Below, in pieces: positions 8,635 through 18,400 of a stretch of DNA of 64,000 nucleotides (within the stretch, counting starts at the first letter, position 1; each line of letters begins with the position of its first letter). Origin of the DNA: Giardia intestinalis (Eukaryota). The stretch lies in assembly GCA_000002435.2 (NCBI GenBank), contig CM018792.1, one strand, 5' to 3'. Made by a program: the position numbers and the translations under genes. The notes beneath the pieces are model-generated. The model was given only the letters and a program-made list of their open reading frames with translations, ran no database searches and had not been told where the DNA came from.

Positions 8635-11055
8635 ATGAAGGCCAGGAGTCGCAACATCCTTAGCATCATCGAAAACTCTCTCTTTTGGTGCCAGTACAGT
8701 AATGTGCTTACTGAGATACGTCAAGAGTACGGTTTTCTGCCCCATTCGTCTCTGAAGCGTTACAAAACAATATTGGCACTTCACGAAACAACCGAACGGA
8801 TAAGTAAGGAGATACATACACTATCTAATAGACGAGCAGCAGTGCCTAGCGCGGATAACCCCGCCACAGCTGACCGCCTAGTCTATCTTTGTAGACAGCT
8901 AATAGCTTACCAAAGAGAGAAGGTGGCACATGCCAGCGCAGCACTCCTGGAGCTTAGGCAGGCCCAGAACTCCATTGCCTATTGTAATCTAAAGCATGCA
9001 GACGATGCATCTGTTGCCCAGGTGTTGACCAGTGTTCACAGTTTTCAACAATCTCTCTTCCAACAAGGCCAGACTGCGGATGCGGCAGAAGCACAGTTTG
9101 GTGCCTCCGACCTGTTTGCGTGTTACCGGAACTTCAGCGCGTCTGGCCTTTTGGGCCCGTCCCCCTACCTCCCACTTAACCCACACATTCTTGAACCGTG
9201 CTACATGCCAGACTTTAACGACTTACAGATGAAGACTGCCGGTGGGAAAACCACGTCGGGGTTTTCTCCGCCAGAGATTGTCAAGTCGAACTTTCCCTAT
9301 ACAGCCTGGCTGACGCCAGAGCAGCAACGAGGATTCAACATAGACGAGTCAGAGAAGGCCCGGGCCTGGTCTATCTTACTAGATAATAGCTATGCTGCAC
9401 ACACCTTTTATAAGTCTTGCTCGTCCTTTCTCGGGCTTGTGTCTATGATGGATTTTGATGTTACCTTCGAGGACTTCTGCAAGCTCAATGAGTGCGATCC
9501 ACAGCAGTCTGCGGACCTCTTTCAGTACTGGTCACATAGCTACAATACACTAAAAATTTTATCAGAAAGCGTTCCCATAGATGAGTTCACTTACTTCAAG
9601 CTGCGTCAGCTAGAGGAGAACAGTAAGTATCGCTACTGCCCCAATTGCCAGGTGCTTGTTGCACTTGGCGAGGAATGCCAGCTATGCCACTACAATGGTT
9701 TTGCCTGGATCATGTTTCAGCCTCTAAGTACGGAGCTTGATGAGCCTCGACTCAAACTTACCAGAACATCGACTAACAATAGCTACCAGTTTCCACCCAA
9801 TTTTTTTATGAAGGTGTTGCGCGACCCTATCAGATTGCTCAGGGAAATTCAGCAGATGCTGAAGAAAGCTTTGCAATGGTATAACGGATTGCTTAAGCAG
9901 AAAGTTACATCAGAGCCACTTAAAGAGTCGAGCAAGGAGCCCCCCAAGGATCAAGGTCATGGAGTACTGGCAACACCTGTGCTCACGCTATCCTCAATTA
10001 TCGGGAGCGGTAGTATACGCTGGACTGGCGTTAGCATTTCTAATGATATTACTAGCGCTAACTCCAATAGACTGGAAGCAGGAACGAACGGCGACATGAC
10101 CCCTGGGAGTGCTTCTGCCGCTAATGGGCCGCATGCCTCTATGCGCCAGACCAACTCCATAAAGAATACGAAGGTAATTCTAACCACAATGGAACATGCC
10201 TCTAGGCAAGATGTACAGCTTGTTTCGGGAAACAAACAATCATACCCCCTCTTTCTGAAGTCGCAAGCTGAGCTGTCGTCCTCTGATCGTATAGAGTTGT
10301 CTGATGAAGTCACCGTTCTCTATGAGCAGACTCAACCGACTGCTAGCAAGCCTCCACGCTCTTCCGTACGCAAGCAGGGGCACCGACGCTCTTCTCAAGA
10401 ACCTAGTATGCTCAGCAGTTCTGTCAGTGAGCACAGTGTCACAGGTGTGAAAATGGAGGTAAGCTGTACTTATGACGCTGTCTCAACAAACACAGATGCC
10501 ACCGAAGCAGGATATTGCTTCTGCTCCAAGAGCAATAAGAAGGTTTGTAGTGACGATATGATATGCTGCGAAAGCAACAATTGCAAGTTTGCCAACGAAG
10601 GATGGTTTCACGTTGATTGTCTTGGATTGCGGAGCCACTCTAATGAAACAGATGTGATGAGCAAGTTAGAGAGCGTCGAGTTTTATTGTCCAGGATGCTA
10701 CGTAGAGATTCTGAAGAAGCACATTAACGGTTGGCCCATGCTATTTCCGTTCTTGACAACAACAGAACAGCGGCAAGCACTTTTAGAATATGTAATCAAG
10801 CAGTGGCAAGAAAACTTCAGCATGAACCTGGATCGGGCCAGTAGACAGATCCGTCGGGAGGCAACAAGTCACCTTCATCACGTTGCTGCAGAACCAGAGC
10901 ATGACGACCTTACTGCACAGATCAATGCACTAGGAGCAGATTCTAATTTACAGAGGTCTGACGCAGTAGCAGGGTCTACTGCATTTCCACAACAATCTCC
11001 TGCACGACCCAGTCCACCACGATCAGAACGTCCTCCAAAGAAGGAAAAGTCATGA
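8635..11055 (+). CDS. PHD-finger protein with an ING-type C-terminal PHD
   Basis: The C-terminal region YCFCSKSNKKVCSDDMICCESNNCKFANEGWFHVDCLGL...FYCPGCY matches the ING-family PHD pattern (YC.C...GEMI.CD...C...WFH..C.GL...KW.CP.C). The central part has a zinc-ribbon-like CPNCQ...CQLCH. 806 aa, ATG start. Confidence 0.7.
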   Translation: MKARSRNILSIIENSLFWCQYSNVLTEIRQEYGFLPHSSLKRYKTILALHETTERISKEIHTLSNRRAAVPSADNPATADRLVYLCRQLIAYQREKVAHASAALLELRQAQNSIAYCNLKHADDASVAQVLTSVHSFQQSLFQQGQTADAAEAQFGASDLFACYRNFSASGLLGPSPYLPLNPHILEPCYMPDFNDLQMKTAGGKTTSGFSPPEIVKSNFPYTAWLTPEQQRGFNIDESEKARAWSILLDNSYAAHTFYKSCSSFLGLVSMMDFDVTFEDFCKLNECDPQQSADLFQYWSHSYNTLKILSESVPIDEFTYFKLRQLEENSKYRYCPNCQVLVALGEECQLCHYNGFAWIMFQPLSTELDEPRLKLTRTSTNNSYQFPPNFFMKVLRDPIRLLREIQQMLKKALQWYNGLLKQKVTSEPLKESSKEPPKDQGHGVLATPVLTLSSIIGSGSIRWTGVSISNDITSANSNRLEAGTNGDMTPGSASAANGPHASMRQTNSIKNTKVILTTMEHASRQDVQLVSGNKQSYPLFLKSQAELSSSDRIELSDEVTVLYEQTQPTASKPPRSSVRKQGHRRSSQEPSMLSSSVSEHSVTGVKMEVSCTYDAVSTNTDATEAGYCFCSKSNKKVCSDDMICCESNNCKFANEGWFHVDCLGLRSHSNETDVMSKLESVEFYCPGCYVEILKKHINGWPMLFPFLTTTEQRQALLEYVIKQWQENFSMNLDRASRQIRREATSHLHHVAAEPEHDDLTAQINALGADSNLQRSDAVAGSTAFPQQSPARPSPPRSERPPKKEKS

Positions 11056-11224
11056 ACCAACCGGTGCTTCTCACACCGAGCTTGGTCCTACACCCAAGCC
11101 GTGAACTCACCTGCATGACAAACGGTGAAAACACGGCTCACATGATAGGTTTACATCCGGACAAGCTCGTACCGCTCGGTCCTTCTCGCTTCGCATCGCT
11201 GTAGTATCTTCACAGAAACAGCGA

Positions 11225-12202
11225 TCAGTAATTTGCTCTTCCACTGCTCTTTTGCGGCGATCCAGGACGGTTCTGATTGTATCCACTATAGCCTAAGGAG
11301 TTATAGCTATCTTTGTTCATTGCCTTGAGTATCTGGAACGAGCACATAAGTGTGTCATCCACGCTCATCATGGCACCGGCATTATCGTATTCATCGCAAT
11401 AGTTCGGAGCCGAAAAGATAGTAACTAGTCTACGTTTGGCAAAGAATTCATACCCATCTTGGACGACCTGGTGTGCGCGACAGATGAGATCAAAGTCATG
11501 CTTCTTGAGGAACTTCATCACAATATCGTGCCCAAATGTAAACGACACACCTCTGTCATTTTCATGCCATCCAGTTATCCCCGGCTCAGGGTCGGACCAC
11601 AGAAGGTCACAGAGGAGACCCGAGTCAGGGACTTCTGTGGGACGTACTATCTTTTGAATGGCGTTGAGAGACGAAAGCTCCGGGCTCAGGCCCCCATGGG
11701 TGCAGAATATTTTATCATCTATGACAGCCGCGATCGGCAGCGCATCAAAGCAGCGCTTGAATGTCTTCCATAAATTAATAGAGTATCTCGTTTTGCACTC
11801 TTGGTAAAAGCCGTATATCCTGTTGATGGACGAGCACTCGTGGTTCCCACGAAGCATGAAGAAGTTCTCTGGATATTTGATCTTATAGCACAGAAGAAGA
11901 ATAATGCACTCCAAGCTCTGCTTCCCACGATCTACATAATCTCCGAGGAAAATGTAATTTGTGGCAGGGGGAAACCCTCCGTATTCAAAAAGGCGGAGGA
12001 GATCGTAAAATTGGCCATGTATGTCACCGCAGATCTTGATTGGAGCCTCAAGCTCTAGAAGAACGGGGTGAGAAATGAATATCTCAAACGCCTTGTTCAC
12101 CAGCTCTTCAATTTCGTGCTCTGGCAGGTCAACTTGCGAGCCGGGCTTCATTCCCCGCACTGATAACAAACGGTAAAGAATTGAATCCACATTTAGAGGC
12201 AT
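11225..12202 (-). CDS. PP1c: Serine/threonine protein phosphatase PP1 catalytic subunit
   Basis: Near-colinear match to the PP1 catalytic core: [94 protein letters not shown]. The start is placed at MPLNVDSI; the track's upstream TTG adds 6 codons. Confidence 0.95.
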   Translation of the reverse strand: MPLNVDSILYRLLSVRGMKPGSQVDLPEHEIEELVNKAFEIFISHPVLLELEAPIKICGDIHGQFYDLLRLFEYGGFPPATNYIFLGDYVDRGKQSLECIILLLCYKIKYPENFFMLRGNHECSSINRIYGFYQECKTRYSINLWKTFKRCFDALPIAAVIDDKIFCTHGGLSPELSSLNAIQKIVRPTEVPDSGLLCDLLWSDPEPGITGWHENDRGVSFTFGHDIVMKFLKKHDFDLICRAHQVVQDGYEFFAKRRLVTIFSAPNYCDEYDNAGAMMSVDDTLMCSFQILKAMNKDSYNSLGYSGYNQNRPGSPQKSSGRANY

Positions 12203-12424
12203 GCCAAGGCCAAAATCCAAATACAGATTTTTTATTCTGACCTAAATTTTCTTTACTAAAGCTGAAATTCAAATGATAGAAAGGCTGGAGAAATGCTAGA
12301 TAGCGCGAGAATAGCCGCTGTAAAGAAAGCTAATCTGCGCATCATATGCTTATGGTCGCGCCAAAAGGTCCTTTTATCTATTAGCCGTTCTTAAGCCGTA
12401 TTCTCAAGCTGTCAGGTCCTACCC

Positions 12425-14191
12425 TTAGCTAAGGGTCTTTGCATACCAGAATGTGCTTATTATCGCTCGCAACTCCTGAGATCTCGCATCAATAGACTCA
12501 TACATCTCTCTGCTGGCATCGTTGGCCCAACCGTCCTGCCCCCTTAATTTCTCCATAAAGGACTGCAGGTGTACGTGCTCGGATATTAAAGATTCTAAAT
12601 TTATGAGAATGTCTATAAGTTTAGACACCCGCATCTCTTCCCTCTTGATTTGGGTTGCCAAGGCATCCATTTTTGGTCTGTAGAGCGGATCCACCAAGGG
12701 TTCGTCATACGCCTCTGTTTGAGATGCATATACACCGCTGCTCTGCAGCATAGATGATATCCTATTAGTAAGGTTTCTTAGAAATTCTTTCACTGCTGGT
12801 GCACAAGACAGCCGATCCACGGAAGAGTGCAGAACGCTGCAATTAACAATGAATAGCGGTAAGACGGGGTGTCCCAGTATTGCAGAGTACATGGTTGTAA
12901 GCTTGGAGTAGAGGGTCTTATAAAAACGCAGTTTCTGTTGACACACTCGCAGCTCCAGCGAGTCTTGTGACCCCGATGAGTCTATCATTCTCATCTTGGA
13001 TAGTTGTTGAATAAAGACGGAGTCGTCTCTTACGAATGCAAGGCCCTTTGTAAATGTACTGTTCAAGCAATCCAGGAGCTCTCCTAGAAGTTGATTCCCG
13101 AGTTCTGGCAATACTCTTTCAATGAGCGCTCCAGTCAGCACACTGTCCTTGGCTTCTTGAGGAGGACAGGTGCTTGCATTGTGACATGCTCCTGTCCCCG
13201 AGAGAGCAGGATATGCAGTGAGGGGTGTCACACCAGGGGCATCGAAATGTAGACAGTCCTTTTGAGAGTGCAAGGGAGCCAGCCAAGCAGGAGTAAGCGG
13301 GGCAGCGCGATATGGGGAATTGATACCTACCGTAGCTAGGGACCGGCTCTCAAAGATGGCAATGAATAGGTTGTAGTTGGTAAGGATACGGGGTTTGAAA
13401 GAGTTAGTGAACTGGGCATAAAGATCTGGTGGCACCGTGCTTTGCAAGGCGACATATCGCTCATAAAGCGAAAGATAGGTTTGCTTAAAGCGTTGAATAG
13501 GACTTAGGCCCATTTTGGACCTTGGATCTGAGCGGGTTGCAAGTATACTCTCTAACTGTTTGGGTAAAAAGTCCTCCAATGCGTCGTAGAAAGGTTTGTT
13601 GAGCAGTATAGCGTTGACAATGTCTGTCCTTTGCCGTGCTAGCTGGACATAGAACGCTAGTCTGGGGTTGGTGGGCTCGGCGGTCTGTAGAACATCTAGC
13701 TCGACAGCTTCTGGGGAAATTTGAGGAGTCCTCGATCTAGTTGGAGACCCGTCTGTGTGTCCAGCAACGCTCCTCCGCGTCAACTCCAATGCAGACTCTG
13801 ACATTAGAGAGACTTCTTGCCCACGTTTTCGTTCATGTGGTGAAGGCTTGCCAGTAAAGTGCTGGCGCAAATATGTCTCGCATGTGACCAGGGTCTTGCC
13901 ACAGGAGATAGATATATCAAGTTCATCCTTCAAATATGATATGGCAGTGGTATTTCTGGAGTCCACGGCATACTTTAGTGCAGGAAACCCTTGGTTATCA
14001 ACTAGGCCGACCTCTGGTGCAAAGAAAGATAGATCCCTGCTGTACCCATTTCCCACATAAAGCATCAGCGCAGTACGACCCTCATCGTCACGTGTACGAA
14101 GCTTACTACCCATATATTTTAGCATCTGGACATTTCCATCCCGAGCAGAATTAAACCAGGCCTCATCTGTGTCCACTCCATTTGTGTTCAT
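12425..14191 (-). CDS. Ankyrin-repeat protein with a large C-terminal uncharacterised region
   Basis: N-terminal ankyrin units (GRTALMLYVGNGYS and GFPALKYAVDSRNTTAISYL), then about 450 aa with no recognised domain. The start is chosen at MNTNGVD; the track's GTG start at 14251 would overlap the upstream gene. Confidence 0.75.
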   Translation of the reverse strand: MNTNGVDTDEAWFNSARDGNVQMLKYMGSKLRTRDDEGRTALMLYVGNGYSRDLSFFAPEVGLVDNQGFPALKYAVDSRNTTAISYLKDELDISISCGKTLVTCETYLRQHFTGKPSPHERKRGQEVSLMSESALELTRRSVAGHTDGSPTRSRTPQISPEAVELDVLQTAEPTNPRLAFYVQLARQRTDIVNAILLNKPFYDALEDFLPKQLESILATRSDPRSKMGLSPIQRFKQTYLSLYERYVALQSTVPPDLYAQFTNSFKPRILTNYNLFIAIFESRSLATVGINSPYRAAPLTPAWLAPLHSQKDCLHFDAPGVTPLTAYPALSGTGACHNASTCPPQEAKDSVLTGALIERVLPELGNQLLGELLDCLNSTFTKGLAFVRDDSVFIQQLSKMRMIDSSGSQDSLELRVCQQKLRFYKTLYSKLTTMYSAILGHPVLPLFIVNCSVLHSSVDRLSCAPAVKEFLRNLTNRISSMLQSSGVYASQTEAYDEPLVDPLYRPKMDALATQIKREEMRVSKLIDILINLESLISEHVHLQSFMEKLRGQDGWANDASREMYESIDARSQELRAIISTFWYAKTLS

Positions 14192-14216
14192 TCTTGGAAT
14201 TTTAAAGCATGCTCGT

Positions 14217-14723
14217 TTACTCGGGAAGCTGGGGAGCAACGGTTCCTGCACTCACTTCAGCCCAGTTTGTCGACAAGACAGTTCCGCAAGACTCCTGATA
14301 GCTCTTTAGCATAGCGCGCTTTGTGTCATCACTTCCATTCTGATAGATGTTACGGATTACAGCCATCAAGTCGCTGGGAGCGTCGTCTTCACCAGCGACA
14401 TCCATGGTGCGGTACTTCTCTGCCTTATCGTGTTTCTTAGCCGCTGCTTTCTCGGATTTTAGAAGATGCGTAAAAGCAACCTTGCTACTTGCCTGAAGCG
14501 ATATTTCGGCTTTGGAGGGCTTAATATTGACGCAGGGGTCTGAGACACCTCCACAGAGATCCAAAATATGCTTTTTGCCCCTCAATGTGATTGTGAGCTT
14601 GTGGGGATCCAGTTCATCGACAGCAGCACTAATCTCTCCCTCAGTTAGCTCTGGGGTATAGATGTCAATAAATAGTTTGGTGCCTGCAAGGTACCAACCA
14701 TAGCGAAGCTCGCTGTCAGACAT
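14217..14723 (-). CDS. Protein with CS and SGS domains (Sgt1/CacyBP-like, lacking a TPR region)
   Basis: The C-terminus VIRNIYQNGSDDTKRAMLKSYQESCGTVLSTNWAEV matches the SGS-domain consensus (IY..G.D..KRAM.KS..ES.GTVLSTNW.EV). The N-terminal 90 aa are beta-rich and CS/p23-like. Confidence 0.75.
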   Translation of the reverse strand: MSDSELRYGWYLAGTKLFIDIYTPELTEGEISAAVDELDPHKLTITLRGKKHILDLCGGVSDPCVNIKPSKAEISLQASSKVAFTHLLKSEKAAAKKHDKAEKYRTMDVAGEDDAPSDLMAVIRNIYQNGSDDTKRAMLKSYQESCGTVLSTNWAEVSAGTVAPQLPE

Positions 14724-14777
14724 CGTTTTTTATGGCCAAGGAGCTTACTAATCCTGTCTTCATCAGGCCAGAAATAA

Positions 14778-15419
14778 ATGTCTGCGGAGGTCTACGAATT
14801 GGAAGTCTTCAAGGAGCAATTCAAGGATCGATTAGATGCCCTTACCACACTGGCGTCTGGGATTCAGAAGGCGGCAGCAGGAAGGCAATGGCCTTCCATA
14901 TCGTCGCCGAACTCGATATACAATAAAGCCATTCCTGCGATTGCTGCCATCCAGAACGAACACAGCCTTCTATCAGAAAGTCACCAGGTCTACTCCAAGA
15001 TGATCACAGCTGATGTCACCTGCGCTCTTAAGTCACTCGCGCAGGCCTACGAGGAACAAGGGAAAGAGATACTTTCAGAATACCGCCGACTGTGCAAAGA
15101 ATTTATGCAGTACAAGTGCGTTAAGCAACCTAGCTTAGATCCACCAAAAGCTCGGCAGATCTTGCTAGAATTTACTAAAGTCCTTGCGCCACTGCTCGAC
15201 AAGAAAAGAACTCTTACTGAGCTCTATGACGGCGAGGCAAAGCGTGCGCTGTTGCGATTCGTGGAGCTCACCGAAACGCTCACCCGTCAAGAAATGTCCT
15301 CTGTAATGGCCGTTCGCTCTGCCTTGTCCGTTCCAGGATGTCCTGTGGACAACAATGTGACATCAGAAATCTACTTGCTCTGCAAGGCAATCACTCAAGA
15401 GAGTTTTCAGCACATATAG
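14778..15419 (+). CDS. Hypothetical helical protein
   Basis: 213-aa ORF with an ATG start. It runs divergently from the CS/SGS gene across a 54-nt AT-rich spacer. No domain recognised. Confidence 0.5.
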   Translation: MSAEVYELEVFKEQFKDRLDALTTLASGIQKAAAGRQWPSISSPNSIYNKAIPAIAAIQNEHSLLSESHQVYSKMITADVTCALKSLAQAYEEQGKEILSEYRRLCKEFMQYKCVKQPSLDPPKARQILLEFTKVLAPLLDKKRTLTELYDGEAKRALLRFVELTETLTRQEMSSVMAVRSALSVPGCPVDNNVTSEIYLLCKAITQESFQHI

Positions 15420-15446
15420 TATGGGACATACATATCTACTCTGCAT

Positions 15447-18400
15447 TCAATAGTAGGGCTCAAGCCATATCAGTTGCAACATAAAGTCCCTGATAGTGTT
15501 GGTGTGGACACCTTTAAAATCCACCCGTATGTATCCTTTATCATTGTAATTTAACCCCCACTCATTCCATATTACGAAGTTGTGCATAAGCGGAGCGAAC
15601 GCTAGGTTATTCTGTCTGATGAAGAAGTTGTAGAGAAGCTGAATGTGTTGCTTGGTTGTCAGGTCTGGAGAGGGGAGCCAAGGAGGCATTCCTGTCTTGT
15701 GACAATCTAATGTTATTGGTGCATACGCAGTCATGTTATTCTTAGTAGCCTGAAGATTAGTTTTCTTGTTATACCAGGGAAGAGACTTGTACATTGATTC
15801 TAGGCCATTCCTTAGCACGTCATCAATGGTCATGTTTGCAAGGGTTCTATAAAATAGCACCGAACCTAACTCTAAATACATTGATTTCATGTATAAAAAG
15901 TTGAGAGCGGTGAGAGACAGACGGATCTTGTGTACGGCTAACTCGATTGGATTGTGGCATATTAGATCGCTGACCTTTATTGGAACTCGAGGAGGCCTAT
16001 GATCAGCATTTAAGATATACGTCTTTTGCTCATCTGGGTCCACAATGAGTAGATTGTCAGAAAAGAACGATCGTAAGCGAAGACAAGACTTCCTAAAGCT
16101 ATACAAATCAAGGACTAGAGTCATCACGGGCGTAGCATCGAACTCAGTTGGGTCTGAAGAGAAGCTTTTGGGAAGTGTTGTAATTGTTGTAGCTGTTGAA
16201 GGTGTGGAGTCCCATGGTTGGGGATTGGATAGATTGTACATATATTGTAAGCCAGGGCAGGTTGGGATACTCTGTCTTATTGCAGCTACAGTCCCGCTTT
16301 GTACACCATCTGAAAAAGTCGATAAGGTATTGGTTGAAGTTACGCTTTCCTGCTTTTGCCTAGAATTCATAGTATCCATTACCCTTTGTGCAGGAAAGTC
16401 AAGAGATATTGGTGTTATTGTATTGGCTCCGCTGCTAGTTCCGTAGAATGAAGGTGTAGAAGATTGCGCCGTATCACTGTGGTTCGGATTGGTTTGCACC
16501 GGCCTAGGGTTATCTATGGGCGAGGCTTTATCCTTCCGTTTAGACATAAAGCACAAGGTAGGTGGGCTACTAGATATTCTTAGATGTGCGTTACGCGGCT
16601 TACTTTTTTGTCTACGAGGCACTAACCATGGGATTTGATAATGAAGAGCAATCTTTGAAACAAGAACACTTCCGTTTAAGTAAGAATCGTAGTTTGTTTT
16701 GAGCCTGAGCTTATATCGAATATCCGGTATGACAATTTCAATATCTTCTGGGGGAGGAATACAGCCGGTGTCTATTCTGTTCGATAATAAAGTATCTTTG
16801 CCCGGTATTACCTCAATAAGGAAGTTAGTCGAAAGATCAGCTTCCAACGACATGCTAATCCTTTGATAAACCACTTGCTTGGAATCATAGGCACAGAACC
16901 TATTTGTAACCTTAAGGCTGTCTGTAGAAATTTGATCTATCTCTGTTATCGGTGTAACAAGAGTAGAATCTCTTACTATCGACGAGGTAATTGAGTTATT
17001 TAACTTACTATTGGTGATAGCGAGGCAGTCCAGATTGGGGGTGAGAGGGTACATCCCCAAATTCTTATCCTGAAACATTAAACCACGAGGAGAATCAAAT
17101 GTTTGAGGAGCATCTATCCCCTGCGGTGGTAGGATCCCGAGTGATTGAGGAGCATCTATCCCCTGCGGTGGTAGGATCCCGAGTGATTGAGGAGCGTCTA
17201 TCCCCTGCAGTGGTAGGATCCCGAGTGATTGAGGAGCGTCTATCCCCTGCAGTGGTAGGATCCCGAGTGATTGAGGAGCGTCTATCCCCTGCAGTGGTAG
17301 GATCCCGAGTGATTGAGGAGCATCTATCCCCTGCAGTGGTAGGATCCCGAGTGATTGAGGAGCGTCTATCCCCTGCAGTGGTAGGATCCCGAGTGATTGA
17401 GGAGCATCTATCCCCTGCGGTGGTAGGATCCCGAGTGATTGAGGAGCATCTATCCCCTGCGGTGGTAGGATCCCGAGTGATTGAGGAGCATCTATCCCCT
17501 GCAGTGGTAGGATCCCGAGTGATTGAGGAGCGTCTATCCCCTGCAGTGGTAGGATCCCGAGTGATTGAGGAGCATCTATCCCCTGCGGTGGTAGGATCCC
17601 GAGTGATTGAGGAGCATCTATCCCCTGCGGTGGTAGGATCCCGAGTGATTGAGGAGCGTCTATCCCCTGCGGTGGTAGGATAGGCAATAATTCAGTACCG
17701 TCAGTATTGGAAGTGTAATTAAAAAGATCATCCATATCTATCTTGTATCCGGATGAGTTAGACAAATAATACTCGTACTGCTGCTCTCCATGATTTAAGT
17801 CATTATTCTTGTCATCAGAGTCTTCTATTAAGCCTTTTATAATGTGTGGAATAATAACGCTTGCTTCTGCTTCTATAGAATTTTCCAATGAACTCTCAGC
17901 ATTGCTGTAATCGCTAAAAGGCATACGGGCGGCATATTCAGGTTGAGTTCTATAGAATAGGTTCCGGTCCAACAATGCATACATGGCCGATGTTCGTGCC
18001 TGAGCACGCTTTCGTGCAATCATAAATTGTCCATAGGCCGCACTATCGCATACACTGAATGTTTCTGCACCGGCTTCCTTAAGATTCCAAATGCTGAGCT
18101 CAGGGACAATTATGGAGGAGTAAAAGCGTTCCAAAAGTGCGTATACTGGGAACTGAATTGTAACATCGGAAGAGAGAGAGGTGTACGCTGATTGAGGCAA
18201 GGCAAGTCCTGCTAAGCTGACGACCGAAAGAGGTGCATAAAAGCACTCTGCAATCTTCTTGGTGTAAAGCGCTCTTATTACTAAAATATGATGTAAGCAT
18301 ACACTGTCCTCTGCAAAGAGAACGCCAGTGGACATGCTCTTAATTTCTTTAATTGCTGCTGCAATAAGAGACATCTTAGATAATTGAGTCTCGACAGCAC

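Noticed and set aside
15447..15700. C-terminal tail of the giant protein (…VIWNEWGLNYNDKGYIRVDF…) resembling the NSWG..WGE.GYIR motif of papain-like proteases
   Set aside because: There is no catalytic Cys motif (CGSCWAF-like), and the His is not at the right spacing. The resemblance is probably fortuitous.
16045..16446. 133-aa + strand ORF, one of several antisense ORFs (such as 19519..19773 and 20800..21291) inside the giant gene
   Set aside because: It is fully contained antisense within an 11.6-kb ORF. No motifs. Expected by chance.
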